From the NCBI GenBank assembly GCA_001179505.1, contig CDMY01000227.1, forward strand, positions 62,001 to 126,000: a DNA stretch of 64,000 nt, read 5' to 3'. The notes beneath the pieces were generated by a model. It did no database searches. It was not told the DNA's origin and saw only the letters and a list, made by a program, of their open reading frames with translations. This stretch comes from Vitrella brassicaformis CCMP3155 (lineage: Eukaryota; Protista; Chromerida). Both the position numbers and the translations under genes were made by a program. This document shows, piece after piece, positions 1 to 20,978 of the stretch (position 1 is its first letter; each line of letters starts with the position of its first letter).

Positions 1-72
1 CATCGGGCAACGTGCCCGGCCGACTGGCTCTCGTGTATCCTTCCTTGGTGTGGGTGGGTCTTGTGTGTGGGT

Positions 73-3000
73 GCAGGTGCGATCAGATTGGGAGAAGACG
101 GTGTTCGACCTGCGCAAGACCAACCACGAGCTGGCGGTCCAGCACTACGAAGACCTGCAGGCCAAAGGTACACACACACACACACAAACACATACCATAA
201 TCCACACACTCCCAAGCAATGAAAGCGCTGTCTCTTTGGTTATCTGTCTGTCTGTCTGTCTGCAGCCGCCCTCCAGACGGACGTGACTGAGCTGCGCAAG
301 GAGCTCTTCTCCCTACAGTCAGAGCTCGAGCAGCACAAAGCCCTCCTGGCCAGGCGGCTGACCACCCCCCAGCCACCACCCACCCCACTCCTGCCTGCCC
401 CAATGCCATACCCCCCCTCACACGCCCCCGACACCCACACCCAGACCGACACGGAAGAGATGGTGCAGCGGCTGCGTGCGGCCGTGCAGGAGAAGAACGC
501 TCTGCGGATGGAGCTGGACGTCCTCAAGGAGCAGCGACGCTTCAGCCTCATCGACGGCATCAGCGACGGCAACTCGCCTACACGTCATGGCACAGCGACA
601 GCAGCGGCGGCAGCAGCAGCAGCGGCATCAGGAGCACTCTCTGACACCGTCCTGTCGCCCAGAGATGGAGTGGGACTGGGGGTGACAGATACGGGTGGAG
701 AGGGGGTTGGTGAGGCGCAGCCGATGCCGCCCCGTGTTGGCAACGGGCGGGGCCCCGCGCTGCCCACCCTTATGGAGGAGAAGGACGAGGAAGAGATGGT
801 GGCCGACAAATCGCCAGCTGCCCCCTCGGTGCCACCTGAGCAGATTGCCCTCCACTCACACCCACCCCCTCCACCAGCACCCAAGACCGAAGACGCCCCT
901 CCCCCATCCCTAGCCTCACTCACACAGCCACAGCCACAGGCCCAGTTGCAGCAGCAGCGGCCGAGGGAGAAGGAGACCATTCTCAAGCGTGAAGACGACC
1001 AAGGGGCGGCGTTGCCGACACCTGTAGACAGCCGCAATGAGGGAATGCAGGAGGCGGGAGAGGAAGAGGATGAGGGAGATGGGGAGGAGTCGCCAGAGGG
1101 CGGGGGCCAGGAGGACGGCGGGCAGGCAGACATCATCTCACACCAACCCCCGCCTGGCCCACCACCATCACTGGCACCACCAGCCGCAGCAGCAGTAGTC
1201 ATGAAGGAGGTCCACCCGTCGTCGATGGGCGGTCGTCAGGAGACGGCGGAGACCGCTTCATCGGCTGGAGGGGGAGAGGCGGCCACCGTGGCCGTGGGAC
1301 GTGTCAAGGAGGAGACAGAGGGCCTGGGTGCTGCGAGCGCGTCGGCGACCGGGGCGATGGCGTCCGTCCAGGTAGTGGATGGTGGCGGGAATATCATGCT
1401 GTTGGTATCTATGTGTGTGTGTGCTGTCGTGTGTGTGCGTGAGAAGCCGCTGCAGCGCATTCGTGGGATGATATGTTCGTCTACCGAGAAGCTGCGTCGG
1501 GTGCGGGGTGCGGCGGAGGATCCTGAGCTGGAGGGGCAGATCAAAAGGATACTCGCTAAGGACATATTCGAGTAACTCAGCCAGCCAATCAGCGAGACAC
1601 AATGGCTCAGCACCATATCGGTGTGTGCTCTCTGTCTGCTCCAATGTCAGCTCTACAGTGCGCCGCATCGGCCCCGGCCTGTTCCAGTTTGGAGAATTCA
1701 CCTGCAAGGTACCCAAATCGACAACACCACACACGCACTCACACCCAACACACAGACCGCCCCAGCATCAACTGTGCCATCTCCTGTCCACCCGTCACCT
1801 ACGTCAGGTCCGTTTTGTAGCCGGCAGCCGCACCCAACTGGAGGCCTGTCTCGTCCATGACGCGCCTGCTCTCACCACCACCACCACAGCCGGCCCCCTC
1901 ACCCAGCGCGACGGCAGCCCACGCGAGGGCCCCTACAGCGACTTTGAGGTGTTTGTCAAGTTCCTCAACAGCGAGCGGTCCCGGGGCATGACCGACAGGT
2001 CCCACCACCATCCATACCACCACCACAAGTCGGCCTCCTCCAGCGACCTCCCCACCGCACCGCACCCCGTGGCCATCGCAGCAATGAAGTCACTCGCCAA
2101 GGCGGCTGCAGTGGCCAGGCAGGGGCATCAGGGCGCCCTGACGGTGGACGACACCCACCACCACCACCACCACCAGCAGCAGCAGGTGCATGTGGTGCCG
2201 CCCCCTGCGTCCGTCACATCCATGGCTGAGGAGCGGCGCATCAGGTTCGAGCCGCCAGGGGTGGTGGAGAGCTCGCCGTCGGTGTGTCTCGTGCAGCCAG
2301 AGGGGGACATGGACACGGGGAGCCCCGGCCGCATACCTGGGGCAGACCCGCAGCGTGTCGAGAGGAGGCCAGTAGCACAGCACAAGGGGGACGGGAGAGG
2401 GGGAGGGGGAGGGGGGGCTGCGCCGTTCACCACTCGCGCAGTGGTTCAGACCACCACAGGTGGGTGAGAGAAAAAGACTCTGACACAGGCACACTGCATC
2501 CATCTCTCCATCGATGCTGGCTGTTCTGTCCTGTTGGTCAGATTTCTCTGCCGCTCAGCAGCAGATGGGTGGGGGTAGTGGACCTTATGGCCCAGCGGCC
2601 GTCAAGTACGTCTTCCCCTCCGTCCGATACACCCTCTCGCCCTACAGCAGACCCCAGCCACATCCACACCCACACTCGGGTGTGCTGCCGGGCTACCAAC
2701 TGGCGAGAGGTCCTGGGATGCCTCCTCAGGCCAAGAAGGGTCAGGCCACCAGGCCGCCCATGGCCAAGTCGGCTGGCAGGGGGGCCATGGAGGGGGCAGG
2801 AGGGGGAGGGGCCGTGCGCGTGGGGGGGAGACAGATGCAGAACAACCCACCGTCGCCGTACCAGGCGCCCATCCGACCCGTGCAACACATGGTACGAGCG
2901 AGGAGAGAAAGATGGATGCCCCGTGCATGATTTGATTGTCGATGCATCCATGGCCTTTCTTGTCTTGTCTCTCGTGCAGGGTGTCCCTGGCCCTGCGATG

Positions 3001-3586
3001 AAGCCCTTCGCCTTCCAGCCCGTCCCATCGGCCGTCTATCCCCTGTCCAAGAGCGCCGAGAACACACCCCGCATCACGAAATCGCCATACGGCCAGGGGA
3101 TCGGCGTCCGGCCCATCCCGCCCATCCCACCTCCCCACTGGCTGCATCCGAGACCCGTCGGCCGACACCTCAGTGGGCCGTCGGTGCCAGTCCATGGCCA
3201 GAGCCAGGGACAGGCTGCCTACTGCCACGCACACACCCCTGAGGCGGTCCGTCGTTTCCCGCACGGGGACGTTGTGGTGCTCCCGAGGTCGCACTCATAC
3301 CTTCCTACCACATCCACCGCACAACAAAGTAAACCATCCGGGCAATTGGATGCGACACAGCAGAGACACCCACTGGATGCGTGTGTGTGCAGATGATAGC
3401 TTCACCGATGGCCGCGGCACGATGCACCTCCGCCGCCCAGTGCCACTCTACCCATACCCACCGGCACCAGCCCCCGTGCAGCTGCCCAGCCGTGCGGCTA
3501 TGTGGGAGCAGCACTTCGCCTCCGCCTTCCGGGCACTGCCCAACAACATGCAGCACCAGCACCAGCAGCAGCAGAGATGGATGTAG
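73..3586 (+). CDS. Multi-exon hypothetical protein, 5'-partial. It has N-terminal coiled-coil segments followed by Pro/Glu/Gln/His-rich low-complexity regions.
   Basis: Exons 73-167 (VRSDWEKTVFDLRKTNHELAVQHYEDLQAK) and 266-~1371 (TELRKELFSLQSELEQHKALL; RLRAAVQEKNALRMELDVLKEQ) have GT/AG boundaries and CA/CT-repeat introns. Further coding-like blocks run to a TAG at 3584-3586. No family was recognised, and the single-gene assignment is uncertain. Confidence 0.55.
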
Positions 3587-4458
3587 CTGAAGGGGCCGTG
3601 AGGGACTGATTGCTTATTGATGGGACGTAGCCGATGGCTGCCTAATGCATGATACGTCAAAGGCGATCTCTGTGTGTGTGTGTGTGTTGGCGGTGGTAGC
3701 TGTGGACTCTATGTGTGAGAGGAGGGAGGGAGGGAGGGAGGGAGGGAAGTAGCAGTGCTTGGCTGCTTGCTTGATTAGAAGACGATTTTGATCTCCGCCA
3801 TGCATCAATTAAGGGATTCAATGGCTCACGGACACACCACACGAACACGGTCTTAAACCCAAAATCAGTCCAGCAAACGACGCCCCTTACCCCTCCCAAC
3901 ATCCAACGAACAAAACGCCACACGTCACAGCAACCGACACAGCACAGCAACGGCAAAGGACTGATGAGTGGCCCACTACGGCTCCTCATTATTCCCCAGC
4001 GACGCATACACATGGTCATCTTTTCGCCTCCTAGTGGGGCTTTCCAACAGCACATCGATTCTATCCTGCCCCTGCTGCTGCCCCTCTCCCCCCTCCCCCT
4101 CAGGGTCTGCATGGGGGTGTTTGTCCGCGGCAGCGGGGGTCCGCCTGACCTTGAGAAACCCCAGCTGCAGCACCGGCCTCCGAGAAGACGATGCTGTGGA
4201 GGACTTCCCGCTGTCGCATTGTGGGGGGTAGGGGCAGGCGTCGTTGTTGTTGTCGTCGCTATCGTTGCCTTCGGGTCTGTGGGACCCGTGGGCTGGCTCT
4301 TCCTCTGTCACGGGGCAGCTGATACTGTCGCCTCTCGACTCACGAAGCTCTTGCGACAACAGGTCTTTCGTCTCTGCAGACAGACACAGCAAGGGAGGGA
4401 GACATTTGTGACACAGCACAACAAACAAATGTCCTCTTGCTTTGCTTCCTCTCGATGC

Positions 4459-5900
4459 TCACTCACCTAGAAGCTCATTGGTCTTTGCCGTGACGACACT
4501 CCGCCCGTCGCTTTCCTCCTCCTTAGTCTTGGTAGTGAAGGTCCGAGAGAGGCCCATCGACCGCATGCTCGTCACCGCCCCTCCCTCACTGTCCGCCCCA
4601 ATCGTGCGCCGCCGGCTGCTGCCCCCCTCCTTGAACGACACACCGGCGCCCTTCTTCCACCCGTGGCCGCCACTCTTGTTGGCATGGTCTCGCTCAGAAA
4701 CCGCCCCCAGCCGAGAGGCGTTCGTCGTGACGCCGGACCGCTGTGTCTCCGTAGTGGCCATCGCCCGCATAGCGTCCTTCAGCTTGCTCCGACGCCGCAC
4801 CGTCCAGATGGTGAGGGCAAGCGCGACAAGCACGAGCGCCAAGCCGATGGAGGTGCCGATGATCAACACGGACAGGTCGCTGCCAGTGGTGTCTGTGAAA
4901 AGGCGTCCGAGGGTCAGGTCGCCCTTTGTGATGAAGAACGGCCCAAAAGCGGCTACGGTGTCGCTGCTGATGGGCTCGAGGGCCCTCGCTGTGGAAGTTC
5001 CTTGGCATGGGACGCAGTCGGGCTCGTTGCACAGCCTGATGCTGCAGAAGAGGTAGCCGTATTGGGTGCCGGCGAATGAGAAGGATGGAGTGGAGAAGCG
5101 GACGGTGTGGCTTTCCTGAAAGTACACGTCAGTCGGGATGGGCCGCTCCAGAGCACAGCCGCCCTCTATCATTTTCTAAGCAACAGAATGCCACAACATA
5201 CCAGGATCGTGTCTCCTTGCCGGCCAGGTAAAGGCCCGTGACTTACATAGCCAAGGTTGACGGGCAGCGGGGAGCTCGCCCCCGCCCAACAGTCCACCAA
5301 ATTAACATATAGCTTCTCCACCAGCTCGGTGGGCAGGTTAGTGGTGTCCAGCTTGACCTCGACATAGAACTTGCTCGACGCCTCCTGCCCCTCCTCGACA
5401 GTGAACTTCTGAGGCGGGACGACGGGCTGCAGACATTCGTCATCGCGACACAGCGTCATCGACACGTCGTACGTGCTGTTGCCGGTCACTCGGATGCGCC
5501 TGTATCCGTTGGCGATGGGGATGTTGACCTGCCCGTCGCTATTGCGCAGACACTGCCCCGTGGCGTTGAACACCGTGTCGTTGACCTGTATAGTGCCCAC
5601 CTGCCCGATGACCTCAAACCCCTCCGGCAGATCTGGCGCGGCTGGGCCCTCGTTGTCCGCGAGGCAGCCCTCGAAAGGGATAGAGAGGCAGTACTCGTTC
5701 GGCTGTGTGACCCCAGGGCATGGCGCCCCGGACGTGTCAAGCCACTCGGCAGTGCAGTTGCAGAGCACCTCGTCGAAACACAGCACCATTGCGTCAGCCT
5801 GGCATTCCACCGTGGCCGTCAGGAATGAATCAGCAGCCACGGTAAAGGGCAGGAGGGCTGCCATGATGAGGCAGGCGGAGGCGAGGGCCGCCTTTTTCAT
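4459..5900 (-). CDS. Type I membrane protein with a signal peptide and a zona pellucida (ZP-N + ZP-C) module, about 456 aa in 2 exons
   Basis: Exon 1 is 5900-5247 (654 nt, phase 0, GTAAGT donor) and exon 2 is 5175-4459. The signal peptide is MKKAALASACLIMAALLPFTVAA. ZP-like motifs are VECQADAMVL, FYVEVKL, LYVNLVDCWA, Y-KMIEGGC, RFSTPSFSFAG, YLFCSIRLC and an EHP-like DTVAAFGPFFI. These are followed by a TM helix (VLIIGTSIGLALVLVALALTIWTV) and a basic stop-transfer RRRSK. Confidence 0.8.
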
Positions 5901-6207
5901 GGCGTGAAAGGCCTTGCCAGTCGCGGGGATGGCTATATGAAGAAAGGTCGGGGATGAAGCCTCGTGGGGCCGAGGAAAACGGCGGAAGAAAGCAGAAAAA
6001 GAGGCCGCTTCTTTACAAAGTGTGTCGTGGAAAGGGGGGGAGGGAGAGGGTGAGGCAATTGGGAGGGAAGGGAGAGTGCGAGCTGAGACCGTTCACACAT
6101 GCGAGCTAGAACGCGAGTCGAAGGGGAAGAGCGAGATCTTGATCAACCGTCGACTGCTGAGCCCGTTCGACCGACCGAGCGGCTTCATTTGTCAAGGATA
6201 GTTAAGG

Positions 6208-7570
6208 ATGGGAAGCCGCGGCGTGGCGGACATCAGCCAGGTGTACGAGCGCAACCAGGAGGCGACAGCCTACTGCGGCAATCTCGACCCGCGGGTGGAC
6301 GAGGAGACTCTCTGGGAGCTGTTCATCCAGTGCGGTCCTGTCAAGAACGTCCACATCCCCAGGGACAAGGTCACGGGAGGACACTCAGGTCGGTCAGCTC
6401 CACTCCATGCATACACACGTACCCAGCCAGCTGCCTGTCGTGTGCACGTGCGTCTATCTGTGGCGTGTCATCCATCCATGGTACGTCAGGGTATGGCTTT
6501 GTGGAGTTCCACAGCGAGGAGGACTGCGACTACGCCATCAAGATCATGAACATGGTCAAGCTCTACACCAAGCCACTGCGGTGCAACAAGTCGGCGCAGG
6601 ACAAGCGCACCCAGGAGGTTGGCGCCAACCTCTTCATCGGCAACCTCGACCCGGAAGTGGACGAGAAGCTCCTGTACGACACTTTCAGCGCCTTCGGCGT
6701 CCTCCTCTATGCGAAGGTGCCTCTAATCTAGCTGACACGGCTGGCACAGTGTGCGGCGCGTGTGTGGATGGGATAGGTGTGTGGGTGTTGTGTTAGGTGA
6801 TGCGTGACCCCGAGAGCGGGGAGTCCAAGGGCTATGGGTTTGTGGCCTACGACGCCTTCGAGTACTCGGATGCGGCCATGCAGGCCATGAACGGCCAGTT
6901 CCTATGCAACAGACCCGTCCACGTCTCATACGCCTACAAAAAGGACACCAAAGGTGTGCTGTGGACACACACACCAACACCAACACACTTCGGACGACAG
7001 GCGAGATGAGATCTCTGTGTGTCACCTGTTGGTGCGTTCAGGGGAGCGTCACGGTGCAGCAGCAGAGCGTCTCATCGCGGCGAATCGTCCCAAGGATTTG
7101 AAGATCCGCCCGCCACACACCATGTTCGCCAATGTCCCGACAGCCCCCGCACCTCTCGCCAGCGGTATGAGCCAGAACCCCACGACACACAACGCCAACA
7201 ACAATGTTGATCATCTTTTGTGTATGGCTGTTGTCACATATATCAGCTGGTCCCCCTCCGGGCCTGACGGCTCCCACCTCGACCTCAGCCGCGTCCATGG
7301 CCGGCCCGCCGCCCGGCCTGGCACCCCCTGGCATCCCTCCACAGAACTTCAGGCCGCCAGTGGGGATGCCCGCACCACCCATGGCCGTCCCAACTCTGCC
7401 ACCAGGTGCGGTGCGTGTGACTGCTGTGGATGGATGGATGGATGGGAAGACGATGACACGTGTGTGTGTGTGTGTGTGTGTGTGTGGTGGTTGTGAGTGC
7501 AGGTATGCCTCCCCCTCCGATGCCGTTCTTCCCCCCGGGCATGCCGCCCTTCGCTCCACCAGCGCAATGA
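6208..7570 (+). CDS. SF3B4: Splicing factor 3B subunit 4 (SAP49/HSH49), with two RRMs and a Pro-rich tail
   Basis: [14 protein letters not shown]...[32 protein letters not shown]; [20 protein letters not shown]; [27 protein letters not shown]; [30 protein letters not shown] stop at 7568-7570. Confidence 0.97.
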
Positions 7571-7799
7571 GGGAGGGAGGGGAATTTCACCAGCTGGCCA
7601 CACGGAATGGTGCGTGCGTGCGTGGTTCCATTTCATGGATGGTGGTGCGGTCGTGTGAACTTGATTGTTTCTGATCAAGGTGAATGAGATTGGGTTGGTT
7701 ATGATGGTATGCTGTGTTGCACGGTAGACAGACAGAGACATTGTTAAAGGTACGTACCAGAGAGAGAGCTGAGCAGCGTCCATCCATGCCGGGTGGCCA

Positions 7800-10700
7800 C
7801 ATAGGTAGGTAGAGGTCCATCCATTCCATCAGTCGACGCACGAAAGGTCCATCCATCCATCCATTGATTAGCAGTGAGTGAGTCGAGTCCTCGTGCTTAG
7901 CAGCTTAGGCGTGCAGGGAAGAGGGAGAAGAGGAAACAAAGAGAATACAAATACAAAAGACGCCACGCCAACCGAACGTTCGACACGCATCCATCCATCC
8001 AAACACTCATTCATTCAAACATTCAGACAGACATTCAGACAGACAGGCACCGGCATGCGCGCGTCAACGCATCAACAAGAAGCCAGCCAGCAGAAGGGAA
8101 AAAAGACCCACACACAACACAACACACAACCGCATACAGACAGACATAAGCTAAATTAAAGGCGATCAAAAGGAGACATACGTGCAAACAAAACTGGGCA
8201 TACAGACAGACAGACCAACATGCGTCGGGGTCGCCACCCGAACACACAAAGGAAACAAAGGGAAAGGAAGCAAAGCAAGGCAAAAAAGTCTTAGACAAGG
8301 AGCGGCGGGGAGGGGAGCGGTGAACCCGATGGTCGGTTCGGTTCGTGCGTGGACAAGGAAGGAGACGGGAATGCGAATGACATGCATGTCTCACCGCACG
8401 ATGGATGCCTGTGCCGATGTGAGAAAAACCCTCAAGGAATGAAGGAAACGTGTAGTAATTACAGACCGCAGACAGCCAGCCAGCCAGCCAGCCAGCCAAA
8501 CAGGGAGAGAGGCAGGTGAGTAGGCTCGTAGAAAGCGCACAAGGGACTGACTAGCTGCAGGCTGCATCTGGGGATGGCATGGCCGCGTCTGGGGCCATCC
8601 GTCTGCTCTGCTAGGCCTCGCAAGCAATGAAATGGATGGCATGGTGTGGGGTGGCATGGCAAGTCAAGGCAAGGCAAGGCAAGGCGTGTGATGTGGAGGC
8701 AATCCTTACCAGACAGACAGACAGACAGCCAGATAAGATAGACGAGCAGTATGCAATGAACGAACGCACCAAGGGCAGGGCAGGGCAGGGCAGGAAGGTC
8801 TGATCTGTACAGGCAGGCAAGTCAAGTCAAGGGAAGCTGAGTGAGTGAGTGAGTGACTGAGTGAGTGAGGGGCTGGATGGCATAATGGGAAATGGGCGGA
8901 TATATGGGATGGCATGGGTGAGTACGTCAAGTGAATGAGTCCCTCGATCAAGCTTGAATGAACAGCTGGGAGCTGGGCGGGGCCACACGAACGACCGGTA
9001 TCTTTGTATCGTCATCACGATACATCCGGCCAACCGCCCACCCAGGCATGCAATAGAGGCGAGAGATAGAAACCGGCGAGCTAGCTTGTAGTAGGTGACC
9101 AAGTAACACGGCGCACAGACACACACAGACACAGACACGGGGGGCTTATCAGATAATTATTAGATAAGATGCATGGCCATGGAGCGCTACAGATGGATGG
9201 ATAGATCTCACCCACCACAGACGCAGACGCAGACAGTGGAAAGACAGACAGACAGGTAATTGGTTAGTTGACCGATAGATAGATAGATTGGTTTGGTTGA
9301 CGAGAAAAATGGTGCATTGGATTCGATTGCATTGCGTTGCTGGCAGGCAGGCAGGCAGCTAGGTGGCTGCTGCCGCTATATTTCCCCGATAACACACAGA
9401 CTGACTAAGAAAAGACCAGACCACTGGCGACAGACAGACAGGCAGCCAACTGTTCGTTCAAACCGACCTCCGAGCGACAGACCGACAGACAGACAGACTC
9501 TCTCTGCGCGTGTGAGTGCGCGACAAAAATAGGACTCATTCGTCCCACCTTTTGTCGGTGGTGATGGTGGTGGTGGCTCACGCACACACCCACCCTCCCT
9601 CCCTCCCACCCACCACCCACACACGCACACGCACGAGGGACACTGGCCATGCGACGACGAGTGAAGCACAACAGCCCTCCTCTCTGGTCTGATCTGGCTG
9701 ACAGACGGCCCGTCAATCCGTCCGTCCGCTCACCCCCTCTCGCTGATGTCCACTGTGTCGCGTGTCCGTTTCTCTGTGTGTCTGTCTGTCGGTGGGGGAC
9801 GGCAGGCTCATGACATCGCCTCCCTTGACAGGCAGCTCAGCCGTCGTGTCGTGAGAGGAGATCCCAAGAAGCTGCTGGAGCACCCAGCAGACGGAAAGCG
9901 ATACTCACGCAGAAGACTGACTGATTCAGTGGATGGATGAACCGATCTGATCTGCGGGCCAAAAATCAGCGCCGACTTCATTCATGTCATCTCTCTCTGT
10001 CTGTTCGTTTCTGTCTGCGTTGGTGCCTCCCTCGCTTTAGATTTGGACGCGACGAACGCAGGCGGTCAGGCAGGTCAGCCCCCACTAGCACGTAAAGACA
10101 GACAGACGCACGCACAATAATCAGAGTAAACACCGTGCCGTACCATGCGCACACACGACACCAGACGACGCGACTCGACTCGACTCGACTCCAGCCAAAC
10201 ACAGCACACGATCCCCCTCCACTCCCCTCCACTCCTCTCCTCTGCATGTGTGTGCAGCCAGCCAGCCAGCCCACCGGTCAACACGAGCTCACACCCTCAT
10301 GCGTCGCACGCACACCAACGCGACCCCCATGAATGTAATGCAATGTGTGTGTAGTGTGAGTTTCCATCCCCGCGTGTGTACCCCTAGGTCCAAAAAAAGG
10401 CCCGCCACACGAACACGCTTTGAACACCGAACAACACAACACCAACACAGAAACTGCCCGCCCCTCATCACATGCATGCATCACCGCAACAGTCAGTCAT
10501 CCATCCACGTAGGCAGGAAGGCTCGTGATGTATGGTATGCAGATCATCATCACAGGTCAGTATGAGCGCAGTAAGCCATCCCTCCCTCCCTCCATCCATT
10601 CCTCCATCCGCCGGGCAGCCGGCCGGTCGTCCCATTGGGAAGACCAGAAAAAGTTAGTTGTCAGTGCCTCTGTCTGTTTTGCTTCTCTGTCTGGTTGCAT

Positions 10701-12620
10701 TGCATCGCGCCGCTCCTCGTGGGGACGCACGGACTTACAGCAGCCGTAGCAAGCCGTACACACACGCATCCATCCTTAGAAAACCACAAGGAAGGACGCC
10801 ACGCAATGCACGCAATGAGCGAGGAGAGGAGAGGAGAGGAGCGGAGCGGAGAGTGGAGTGGAGCTGCCCAGCCAGCCAGAGAGAGAAAGAGAGAGAGAGA
10901 GGCCCACAGGTAGGTAGGTAGCCGCAGACAGCAGTGAGTGAGCTGAGCGAGTTACTAAATCCGTTACATTACGCGCGTGCGCTAACCACAAAAAGCCAAT
11001 GCCACGCCAGGCTATACTATGCAATCGATGCTTGCCAGTAAGGCAGAGGTCGACATCCATCCATCCATCCATCAATTCATCCATTCAACGGTAGGACACA
11101 GCCATCCAGCCATATATTCGACAAAAGGCCACCAAAACCAGGGAGGGGAATCGGACACCAATATATGCGAGTGTGTGTGTGCCGCCCTGGTAGTGAGTGA
11201 GTGATGATGGCCCGCGAGTGAGTGAAAGTGAGAAACTCAGTCAGTGAGAGAGAGAGTGAGAGGCCGACAAATAGAGAATTCCCGAATGAATGCCGTTGAT
11301 TGAACAAAGGCGCCGGTGCGTCCATCCATCTAGCCACACAGAGCAAGAAGAGCCAACGTGACAGACAGAGAGAGAGAGAGAGAGACGCTGCCTGCCTTCC
11401 ACGCAGGCAGGAAGCCAGACAGACAGGCTCAGAGAAGTCAGACAGACAGACAGAAAAGTCAGACGGACAGTCAGTCAGTCAGAGAAACCGAGAAAATCAG
11501 CACCACACCACACCCCTTCTTCTGTTCTCTCCCTTCCGGTTGGTCCTCGGTGCATTGTTCATTGGCATGACAACAAACTTGTCCCCAGCAGGCAGACCGG
11601 CACGAGCCCGCCAGGAAATACCAGCCACGTCCATCCATCCACCCATCCCTCAGCGGGTTCCCCAGCTAGCTTACCATGAAGAGCATACACACACATAAGC
11701 CTTACTTCCGAGTCAGTCGCTTCAAGCACTGTCTGTGTAGTCCGTTCCGTTAAGTACGGGTGGAGACTCGAATTAGCACAATCCCAGCCAGCACAGCACG
11801 GAGGCAAGAGGCCAGCCAGCCAGCCAGCACGACCACACGACCACACACACACACACACACACATTCATTCTCATTCATTCGGTCATTCATAACCCAGCCA
11901 TCCATCCCATCGCACGGACGGACGAAAGTGATCAAGGCGTCAGTGTGAGTGTCGGTCTGAGTGTTATGCTATGTATTCCTTGGCGGATGAATCTGTTCCT
12001 GTGAATGAAATGAGGGAGGGGGAGGAGCACGTGTGTGTGTGGATGGATGTGGGTGGGTGTGGGTGTGGGTGTGGGTGTGAGTGAGGAGGGACTCCGGCAG
12101 AGGGAAGCTGCCAGGTGAGTGTTCGGGGGGGGGAGGTGGGTATCGTTGCCCGCAACATCCACCCATGCATGCTTGTGTAGACAACACACAGCACAGCACA
12201 GCACAGCAGCCGACCGACACGTAGAAAAACACCCATGTGAGGCCCGTCGGGCGGCCGCTAGCAGGCTACCTATCTCCTCTGCGTGTCTTGCTCTGATCCC
12301 TTTCATTCGGTGTGTGTGTGTGTGTGTGTCGAGCCGAGCAAGTGCCCCTCTATGCTACACAACACACACACACACACAGACACACATTCAGAGCAGAGCA
12401 GAGCAGAGCAGAGCTCTCACTAGACTCCATCCGTCCTCTCCGTTCCCCATCATCCACACACTGTGCTCGCCCCCTCCAAAAGCCTCGCCTCGAACTCACC
12501 TCGCCACGTCACGCCTCTCCAATAGCCAGAACTACTACTACCAAAGACACCCGTCCACTCACCCTCCCTCCCTCCCACCGCTCCATCCACCGCCCCCTAA
12601 ATCTGTCTGTCTGTCTGTGT
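7800..12620. repeat. Microsatellite-dense convergent intergenic region with (GGAT)n, (CAGA)n, (CAGC)n, (GAGT)n, (CA)n, (GA)n and (GCAGA)n tracts
   Basis: Directly visible tracts include agccagccagcc near 8475, gagtgagt near 8840, (CA)n near 11845 and (AGCAG)n near 12395. No convincing ORF with protein-like composition was found. Confidence 0.85.
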
Positions 12621-12655
12621 GTCGTCTGCGGACACCACCCTCCGACGCCCTCTCT

Positions 12656-20576
<7,921 letters not shown>

Positions 20577-20748
20577 GGCGTCAGTTGGCCCAGCACCGCC
20601 GCCGTATCTTGCCGCACATCTGAGTCGACCGGTTCGAAAGGTGTGCAGGACTCGATCTCACCGCTCCTCTACGCAGCATTGAGACCCTGAGGAGTGAGTG
20701 AAGCGAGGGACGTGGCGAGATAAGCCCGGCGTCCTCACCCTCTGGCAC

Positions 20749-20763
20749 GCGAGCTAAGCTCGC
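20749..20763. promoter_or_regulatory. Inverted pair GCGAGCT-A-AGCTCGC in the ABCC10/STAND divergent promoter (candidate bidirectional cis-element)
   Basis: This is a perfect 7-bp inverted repeat with a 1-nt spacer. The same heptamer is doubled in two other divergent promoters (6078/6101 and 52249/52263). Confidence 0.4.
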
Positions 20764-20978
20764 AAGAGGTCCTTCGTTTTGCCTTCAAGGATGCTACGCT
20801 TGGCTGTCACGTGATTCGATTCGTCGCACCGGTGTGAATCGTGATCTACACAGATCGATGCGGCAGCAGACAGCGTCCGTGCCGGCGGGATCATTTCGGG
20901 AGGGAGTCCATTTCGCCCCTCCTCCCTCGCCCTCGCCGTCACCCAGCCCGTCGCCCTACGGTCCTCAGTCAGCTGGGA

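Noticed and set aside
4442-5056. 204-aa plus-strand ORF opposite the ZP gene, and similar antisense ORFs at 22766-23569, 585-1202 and 58099-58884
   Set aside because: These are antisense to well-supported coding exons and have no recognisable motifs.
9850-9890. Peptide GDPKKLLEHP on the plus strand, resembling the transporter C-terminal GAPEKLLEHP
   Set aside because: The match is only about 10 residues with no flanking ABC motifs or clear splice context, so it is most likely chance.
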